DNA from: Schizosaccharomyces osmophilus
Lineage: Eukaryota
Direction of reading: 5' to 3'
NCBI RefSeq assembly: GCF_027921745.1
Contig: NC_079239.1
Coordinates: 2,356,001-2,420,000, forward strand
DNA: 64,000 bases
Below the pieces are notes generated by a model. It ran no database searches and had not been told where the DNA came from. It worked only from the letters and a program-made list of their open reading frames with translations. This document shows positions 1-8,716 of this stretch, one piece after another. The translations under genes were made by a program, and so were the position numbers. Numbering within the stretch: the stretch's first letter is position 1; each line of letters opens with the position of its first letter.

Positions 1-440
1 TTCAAAGTATTTTTTCAAGTTCCTATTTTTCTTTTTTTTTCAAGAAGCTGAATAGTTTGATTATATATAACTGAACTCGTCGTTTTTTACATTCTTTCTT
101 TTTTTGCGGTTTCCATTGTAAAACTGAAAACCTTTATTACATTGCAAAATGGCATGGAAAACTACTCATGAGCATACTGTGTATATAGTACTTTGAACAA
201 AAAATAAACATACTCAATAATAAAAAGCCTTACCCTTCTACTCATACAGGTTTATGCCCCCCAAAAAAAAAAGACCTAGCTTGAAAGCAAATTTCCTACG
301 TTACTTAAAAAGAGCCAGCGCTAGCATATAAAACAAGTTTCTGAGAAGAAAGCAACGCAGATGGTACAGTCAGTACGAGTTTGAGAGTTGGCCAATATTG
401 CTAATCATTTGGTCAAAATTGAACATACATACGCTTAAAC

Positions 441-570
441 TTCTACGGGCACACCTAGGCGAAAACACCAGTTCCTGTCCGATCACTGCAGTTAAGTGAA
501 AACGTCTGAGGGCCTCGCCTCGTTAGTACTACGGTTGGAGACAACATGGGAATCCGGGGCGATGTAGAAT
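441..570 (+). pseudogene. 5S rRNA gene copy, degenerate (two internal insertions plus substitutions)
   Basis: Aligns by eye to fission yeast 5S (CCTAGGCGAAAACACCAGTTCC..GTCCGATCACTGCAGTTAAG..CGTCTGAGGGCCTC..GTTAGTACTA.GGTTGGAGACAACATGGGAATCCGGGG). It is 130 nt rather than ~119 because of an extra TGAAAA and a tandem GCCTC duplication. T-runs typical of a Pol III terminator follow. Confidence 0.9.
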
Positions 571-1670
571 TCTTTTTCATTTTTTCAGCTTCATTTTGAT
601 GAAATTCCTTTTATACATGTGTATTTTTCAATCCATTCGAAAAGAATGGTGAGATTTCCTTAATTTACTGGCATTCGTTACTTTGTAAGTAACGACGAAT
701 AGGCAATAGACATGTACATTGAACAGCTACATTTGATTTCATTGAGGTTAATTTCGTCTACGAAAGCTGCTTTTTGACTCTTATTCTTCTTGATTTGTAG
801 GGATTTTATCAGTAATCATTGCTATGAAGGATATGAGTGTCTTATGTTTTTGTTGATTTTGCGAATCGCAGACGAAATCGCATTTAGCTAAGCGGCCAAC
901 TTCTAACCAAAAACGACATTGAAAAAAGCTATTACTGGTATATTATACCAAGGACCGGAAAAGCCTATAATGACAATAGCACCAACACTTATTTCATTAG
1001 CAAATTTGAATTACAGTAAAGGTTCTCGCTGTACAATAAATAACCATTTATAAAACCAATCCCTTTTTGCAACCAGTAGCCTTTCGCAAAATTCTTGTAC
1101 TAACGAATAGCGCTTATAGCACAGCACGAATTTCTATAAGCGAAGAAAGCTTCTAGGTAGCTTACTGTACGATTTAAGTATTACGCTTTCATCAAGTGAG
1201 ATACAAAAACAAACATTTTGAAAGAGACGAAGACTAACAAACGCAAAAGACTAACTGTTCATATACTTTACATTTGCGGCAATATAGTTGTTTACTTGTT
1301 CTGAAATTCGGGCTTCTTCTTGAAGGAAATAAAGAAACACTTGCTTCAAGGAGAACCATTTCATGGAAAACATGACTATTTGGAATGGTCGAAAACCTAT
1401 TGGATATGTTTTGGATAACGACATGTTGGTGATTTCTTTTGCTTGTAATCAAAGGAATCCTTCCAAGGCAAAAGGAAAGAAACTCAAATTCACATGTGGA
1501 TTTGGAATGCTTTACGCTTTCAAATATATGGGAGATGATTATGGTAGAGTGTCTAGACCTTGGAACCAACTTTCTTGCCATTGCGTACAAACCCCACCTT
1601 ATAGCTGATCAGCATGTTTTTTCTGTTCTACCTTGAACCAACAACGAAATAAGAACCAGAAAAATTTCAA

Positions 1671-2918
1671 ATGGATCTTTTTCCAGGAAGAAGTTGGCTG
1701 TTATGGCTGGTTTCTCTCTATTGCATCTTGCAGGTGAGTAGTGCTCGATTTGGTGTCTACATTCCTGAACATGGAGGGTATCAAACTAGGATTGAATGTG
1801 AAAATGTACAAGTGCGTAACAATAACACAAACGCTTACGTTTCTTATTATGCTTTTGGAGATGAAAATCCAACGGCTACGACATTTTTTAATGCAAAGGA
1901 TTCGGAGTGTGCTTTGGGCTCCTTAGGAGAAACGGAATCTCTTTCTGAACTATTTTCGCAGTTTGATGTAGACAGATTTGAAACTTCGTTTTATATTTCT
2001 CCGGAGAAGCGACATGAGTTGACTGGGGCATTCAACTGCAACAAAAGTTCGGTGGTAAACAGTATAGTTTCGCGCAATACTAGTTACCAGAATTTTAGGG
2101 TGAAGATAAATGACTCGGGTCTTTATTGTACTGCTACGAGACCGTTGACAAGCTTGGGTTCTACTGCTGGTTCTTATGTTTCCTACAGTGATTATGATTT
2201 TACCGAGTATCCCCCGTCTGAGCGGTCTTTCTGGGATGACTTAGATTTCACTCCATTAATTGCTACAGCTTTCTTATTACTCCCAGCTTGTATTTGGATC
2301 TACGCACTCCTGTCCCAACCAGCAAAAGTACTGCCTATTCAGTATGGGTTATTAGTACATATTGTTGCTATAGCGATTGGTATCACTGTAGATATTTGTG
2401 ACTCTATGCTCTACAATGAATTCGATTACCCAATTGAAGTTTTTATTCGTCGTCTACTCCTCTTACTTGCCTCTTTTGGTATCGGGGTTTGGCGACCTGT
2501 TCAATCCAAGCTCTTTTTCATGATTGCCGGTGTGTTCTCTTTCATGCTTTCCTTCAGTATTCTTTCTGCAGCGATTGGTATTGAACCTGTTGAAATTCTT
2601 AATGAATGGCTAAATAGCTCCGTTTCTAACGTTGTTTGGTTGTCCTCAATTTTTGTACTTTATAAGGAACAGGATCAATTAAATACCAAATCTGCATGCT
2701 CTGCGAAGGTTTGTAAACGTTCCCTGATTTACTGCATTGCTGTTTTTATTTTTTGTTCCTTGTCGTATCCGGTAGACCGCTATGGTGGCAGCATTTTCCG
2801 TGATTACGGTTTCGTGTATTGGCTCCTTCGCTATATCGTTGAAATCATCATTCCTTGCTATATTTGGTATCCCTCCCAAAATGAGCAACTTGCTTACACA
2901 GCAAGTGTGGAAATCTAA
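1671..2918 (+). CDS. GOST / Lung_7-TM_R family (Ptm1/TMEM87/GPR107-like) membrane protein, intronless
   Basis: 415 aa ORF with a signal peptide, a lumenal domain carrying N-glycosylation sequons, then several hydrophobic helices with family-like motifs (VLPIQ, LLLLASFGIGVWRP, YIWYPSQN). Confidence 0.75.
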   Translation: MDLFPGRSWLLWLVSLYCILQVSSARFGVYIPEHGGYQTRIECENVQVRNNNTNAYVSYYAFGDENPTATTFFNAKDSECALGSLGETESLSELFSQFDVDRFETSFYISPEKRHELTGAFNCNKSSVVNSIVSRNTSYQNFRVKINDSGLYCTATRPLTSLGSTAGSYVSYSDYDFTEYPPSERSFWDDLDFTPLIATAFLLLPACIWIYALLSQPAKVLPIQYGLLVHIVAIAIGITVDICDSMLYNEFDYPIEVFIRRLLLLLASFGIGVWRPVQSKLFFMIAGVFSFMLSFSILSAAIGIEPVEILNEWLNSSVSNVVWLSSIFVLYKEQDQLNTKSACSAKVCKRSLIYCIAVFIFCSLSYPVDRYGGSIFRDYGFVYWLLRYIVEIIIPCYIWYPSQNEQLAYTASVEI

Positions 2919-3099
2919 GTATTTCTTAGCTATCTTTTGCTTACAGGAATTCAATTTTTCGCTAATTTCAAACATAATAATTGCCTTGACAATTTATGTT
3001 CAATCCTTCTCAATTGATCAATCATGATATTTTTCCATGATGTCAAGGCCGAAATATCTAGTATAATAATACAAAAGAATTCCTCTATTACAAATTGTG

Positions 3100-5020
3100 A
3101 ACAATGAAAGTTTTAACAGAAAAATGTACTTTAAAAGATACATGTCTCCAGTTGGAAGTATGAATTTTCTAATTGGAACTGATGAAGATCTTTAAATATT
3201 TGAACCGTTCAAATTTATGGAACTTCTACATGAGGCATACGGACCAAGAGACGATGCATATTTACTAATGTTTCTAACATAAATCTGGAAAAATTTGAAC
3301 CATCAGAAGTTCAGACAAAGACTTTCAGAAGGATAATTAAAAGTGTATTTGATTATTTACCAGATGTATCTACTGAAGAGCGAGTAAATATCGCTTCCCT
3401 TTAGTCCAATTCCCCAGGAAGCTACCAAAGGCAGATCAAAGATGCCCGGATCCCGAAGAAATTGTACGAATGTCTTTAACCAAATTTTTTTAACGAAAGA
3501 GAAAGTCATGGCTTATTCCTATTCTATAATAATCAATCAAAAGAGCTCGCGAACTGGATGTTGATTAAGTACATAAATGGATAGACAATTTCGACAAGGA
3601 AACGTATAGAAAGGCAATGGCTTTTACCTTACACTTCGATTGCTTTAGAAACGAATTTCTGAAACACAATTATAAACGATGAAATCATGACACAATCATC
3701 ACTATAGTAAATTATCAGGTTCGGTATAAAACAACGAGAAAATCATTTATAGAAATTTCCCCTAACAATCAGTACCAATCTAAATCAAGGAGATATTGTA
3801 AAGGAAACGAACGCATCAATAATTATCAAAAATTGAAACCAACAACTAGTTCTCATGAATGACTGTCACCAAAGGCAGAAGCCATAGGGACGAACATACC
3901 TCTATACGCACAATTTGAACGGAAAACTCATCAGGATCCTTTTAGGAGCAAAGTTTGCCTCTTCGAAAACCTGAAATAGCAAATTTACCGATTACAGCTT
4001 TTATAGATACAGGCGCCGATGTATCAATTCTCAGAGAAGACTTTGCAAAGCAAATTACGCCTAAATAGTTTATGAGCATAACAAAAGGCCTAGTGAACGT
4101 TAAAGGAAATCTAACATTACCGGTAACAATAGATAACCAGAAACTATACGAAACGTTTATTTTACTCCGTCTCTTGAAATTAAAGCAATGTTGGGTTGAT
4201 TACTTTTGAAGAGACCGAAGGATTTGAAAACTTTAATTCGAACAAACATTGAAGAACAAAATAGTTCAACTGATAAAGACGTCTTTGCAAATACTCCTAA
4301 GACATATCATTCATGGAAGGACCTGACAATTGATTTGACACAGGAATTGCCCGATAATACACCAAAACTTAGGCGCTATACACAAAAGGAGTTGTCGACA
4401 ATCAAAGATAAAATCCAAGAATTATTGGGCAAGGGGCGAATAAGAAAAGTTCCCTAAATTTTATTTGTGCTCCATAATCAGTTCCAAAGAAGGGAATAGA
4501 TCAATACCGGATGGTCGTCAATTATAAACCTTTTGATTACCAAGAGAGACAATTATCCTCTACCCAACGTTGAAGAAATTGTTTATTGTTTAAGCTCGGC
4601 TAAAGTTTTCAGTACTTAGGACTTAAAGGAGGCTAACATTAACTCAGGATTCAAGAAGGTGACGAACATAAAACAGCCTTCAAAAAACCATTCGGAGCTT
4701 ATGAATATTTGGTCATGCCGATTGGATTAACCAATGCCCCGGCAAATTTTCAGATATATCAAGAAGACATTACTTCCTTATATTCACCAATTTGTGATCG
4801 TATACCTAGATGATATGACTTGTCTTTTCATCATCGAGAAACCAGCATGTCGATCGTTTACAAAAGGTCTTAAATAAATTTAAGGAAGCAAATTTATAAC
4901 TAAGCGAAAAGTGTCACTTTTTTCCAGAGCAAAGTAAAGATCTTGGGACATATTTTCTCAGCTGATGGTATTCAAATAGATCCAGAGCGACTCGAAGCCC
5001 ATGAATTTAGTGTAATGAGC
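3100..5020 (+). mobile_element. Decayed Ty3/gypsy LTR-retrotransposon relic (gag-like, aspartic protease, reverse transcriptase) with many stops and frameshifts
   Basis: Protease motif AFIDTGADVSIL (DTG at 4006-4014). RT motifs in order: RMVVNYKP (4508), [58 protein letters not shown] (YLDD 4803-4814), KCHFF/KVKILGHIFSADGI. Boundaries approximate; no RNase H, integrase or LTR recognised. Confidence 0.9.
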
Positions 5021-5169
5021 TAAGACCGAAAGAATATACTGGCATAAACAGTGTATCCTTAAAAAAATGTTGAGATTTATAAATAATAACCGAACACCAC
5101 AAACCCCTTACCATTTTTTATTTTATACTTACTTTTAAGCATCCTTCAAACCTCCGTAAACACTTTCTA

Positions 5170-5860
5170 TTAAAGACCATGCTTCGCCGTAAACATGGCC
5201 TTCCATGAAATGAATATTAATGATGTACCCATAACTCGTGCAAGTAGTAAGACATCCATCCTTCTTGATACATGTTGTATCACCGCGTTGGATACCGAAT
5301 CCTTAAATCACCAGGCAATCCATGTATGAAAGCAAGAAAGGCAGGAGACGAACAGGCTTACAACTGAGGGGAAAAAATAACTGGGTAAAAACTGTTGACT
5401 TCAAACGACCTTTCTTCTCAACCGATTAATGACCGTTACTGCATGCGTATATGAGCCAATAGATAATTAATATTTTCATAGAGCTATATGGGAACCCTAT
5501 TATGCTCGGCAAACGTTGTCAAAAAATTCCCGCTGAATCAGAGTCAATCGCTCACAAACAACAAAAGAATCTCACCTAGTTGTCAAGCCCGCTACTTGAG
5601 GGTACTTAGTTCAACTTAGCTTATAGGAATTGTATGAACGAATAGCCCAATACAAAGACCTATAAAACCAACTGTCGTGATGCTGCAAATAGCCCACCAC
5701 ATATTGCGCCAACAGCATTGGAAAGAGAATCCTATTTTGAAATAATATGCTGCTCAAAACATGGTAATTTAATTGCTTTAGTTTAGAAGCTAGTGAACCA
5801 AAACAAGCCCATATATGCATCGAGAACCATGAAAGTAGCTCAATGGGAAAAATCAAAGGA
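5170..5860 (-). pseudogene. Probable MFS (DHA2-like drug:H+ antiporter) pseudogene fragment
   Basis: Frame-broken minus-strand peptides in DHA2-like order: SNAVGAICGGLFA / HDSWFY / GLCIG, DSAGIF/LTTF, FPYSSMKILI/LSIG, VEKK, FLAFIHG. Recognised by eye only. Confidence 0.45.
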
Positions 5861-6002
5861 AAAAAATTTTACTCCAAGAGGAAATACTTCTTATTTAATC
5901 CCTTTATTTAGATTCAGCCGTCAATTAGAGTAATAGACTCTATTTTGCTTTGATACACAACCGTTGAGCCCAACCTAGAAGTCAGTTATAGTGGTAGTTT
6001 AA

Positions 6003-6033
<31 letters not shown>

Positions 6034-7144
6034 CCAACCGGTTTTGACTCCTTACTTTAACGGCAAATGTAAAATACGGGACAGTTTAATCAATCGATAA
6101 TTGAAAAAAGCCAAGGTCACACGAACCAATATAAGCCTTACGAAATTATTCTTCACAAATCATATCAAAGTGAAAACACCCTTTGTGGTTACCAATGTTA
6201 CAGTCGAACTAAGTCAATTGTGTAAGATCGCGCCTGTCCCTTTTCTACAATGGCTGGAGACAGCACGAAGATCTGGTTATAGTAGACTTTGATCCTTTTT
6301 CCTTATAAGTTAATCATCTGTTTTGATGAAATGCTTTCCGCTATACCAAAACGTTCCCTACAGGCATACTTCCTGAATAAGTTTGAGCACTCCATAGAAA
6401 CCAAGTTGTTTGAAATCTCAATTCTAAAGGGTATTGCTTCATGTTTTTAAGAAAACGAGAAAAAGCGGTTGCAGGCTACAATCGGAGCTTTGGAACGCTT
6501 ACGTTTTCGAATTTGTACTTCTGATTCAATTTACATATGAATGCAAACACAGTTTCGTTAAGACTTGATAATAAGCTAGAAGATTGTAAACGAAAGAAGA
6601 AAAGTAGATACTTCTCTCTGAATTCCTACACCTTGATGAAGTAAAGGTCTCATAAACTCATCATGTTTCCGCCGGAAATCTTAGCTGCACAATTTTAAGG
6701 TTTCTAAACTGCTAGACATTATTTCCCAAAATCCGATTCCATAGGAATATTACATTTATAGATTTATAAACTGGTAGTCGTGAACCCTTTTGGTGTGTAT
6801 ATGGTATGGTTCATATGAAAAACCTCATCGTTAACCTACATGCAGTAGATCTTTTCATTTCACGTTGAATTCTATCGGGGTTTCATTTAATACTGTATAA
6901 TTAAGGATTTCTTCAATAAGTTAAAAGTAAAACCTTCGAGTCATCGTCAGAGGCCTCTGTTCTCGAATTTACCTCAAGAAAAAAGGAATTAGCAGACACA
7001 GCTATATTTAACTCAGCATTCGCTGCAGATAGAACTTTCTGTTCTATTACTTTGTATTTTTTTGGGTTTTGCGAATTGGATCGGATCTCATCTCGTTTTC
7101 TTTTGTAAACAAGAAGGTATTAATAAACGGCTATAGAACACTTC

Positions 7145-7854
7145 ATGGAACAACAACAGCAACAAAAAGAATTTATCTATGATAAGCCGCCACCACCTCC
7201 TGGAAGTGTGCCTGCTTCTGGTCATTCTTTAGATTCGTCCGGCAATACAGTTAATAACGGTATGAATCAAACCCGAAAGAGAAATCATCCTTCAGTAAAC
7301 CGGGGGCCCTCAAAAAGAGCCCGAGGAGGACGCAATTTTCGGGGCGGTGGAATTCATGGACAGCATGGAGGGGGAGACAATGTAGTGGATGGTATTGAGT
7401 ATTTACGCAAGAGAAACATCTCATTGAATACACCTGAAGAAATAAATTCTTGGATCCAAGAAAGGAAAAGGAACTGGCCTACCGATAATAACGTAACTTT
7501 GAAGAAGGTACGAAATGCTACTTGACAACCCAGTATCTTTAAAGGAATCCTCTTACTAATTTAATTTAGGAGAAATGCATGAACGAGAGCAAAAAAAGAG
7601 AAGAAGTCAAAGATCAGTCTCAACCCTCAACTTCAAATGGATCTGCGAAGCGTCAGGCTCCCTATTCTTCTAATCTACCTTTCTCTGCAAAAAAGAGGCA
7701 GAATCTGTACTCGAAGGTATGAAAGTTGCCCTTTCGTTTTTAAGTTGCTTACTAATTTTAATTTTAGCTTGTATATAATCAGGTAGAGCAGGAAAATATC
7801 TTTTTACTTCAGTTCTTCAAAGTCTTAAGTGAACAGTCAACAACATCTACATGA
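7145..7854 (+). CDS. rsa1: Rsa1/NUFIP1-like box C/D snoRNP and ribosome assembly factor; exons 7145-7507, 7570-7716, 7768-7854
   Basis: NUFIP1 motif TPEEINSWIQERKRNWPT; canonical GTACGA/GTATGA...CTAAT...TAG introns keep the frame; C-terminal ENIFLLQFFKVL motif. Confidence 0.85.
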
Positions 7855-8716
7855 TCTCTCTTCTTTTATGGGACTTTTACTAGTTTTGTGTTTGAAATTA
7901 TCTAAATTTGGGTCTGGTTTATGAAAATTATATTTTATTTATTTATTCATGGATTACATTCGTTACATTTGATTTTCCTCCAATTTTACACCAGCATACC
8001 AAAAGAAACGCTATTTCAGGTAAGTAGGATTAAAAAAAGAAAACGAGGGTACAAACAATCACATGTCCGTTTTTTGACGTTTCACTTTATTTACGCTTTT
8101 TTTTTTTTTGTTTACATTCGCTTTATTTACTATTTGTCGTACCAAATCGTTAAAATATAGCTTATCCCTCTCTTATGATAACTTCGGTTCTAATTTAGCC
8201 ACGATCTGATTTTGGTAAGCTCCGAGGAGATTGGACTTGGGAGTCTCAAAGTTTTAGCTCTACTAGTCATAATCTCGGACATACTTAACTCCATGGCTAT
8301 CGGGGATTTCGCATTTAATACATATATAATACGCGCCGATTGATTTCGCCTTCTACATACGTTGATTTACCTTTTTTTTTTTTTTCTTTTTAAAAACAAT
8401 TAGAAACGCACCCGTTTATGGGATCTGTTGAAGCAATTCCAGCAATTAAAAGAACCGTTGGCCTTGTTTACGATTTTGCCATTGTCGCATCTTTTTAGGT
8501 TCCATTGAGACGCTTTTATTTTATTTTATTTTTCTCAGTTGGTAAATTCCTTGGGTATTGTACCTTGATTCATTTATCTATTTTTCGCATACATCGATTC
8601 GATTGGGTTCCTTCATTTTTCTGCATCTTGGCTTTTTCACATTACTAATTCCTCCCTTCTTCTTTTAAATAGGTTTTAATTGCCGATTTTATTACTAAAT
8701 TTCATAATTTCTCACG

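Noticed and set aside
1671..2918. 7TM gene as a retroviral env-like gene
   Set aside because: It lies upstream of gag, is multi-pass and carries cellular GOST-family motifs.
3041..3092. TGT...ACA segment as an LTR of the retro relic
   Set aside because: Only ~50 bp, with no second copy, primer-binding site or polypurine tract recognised.
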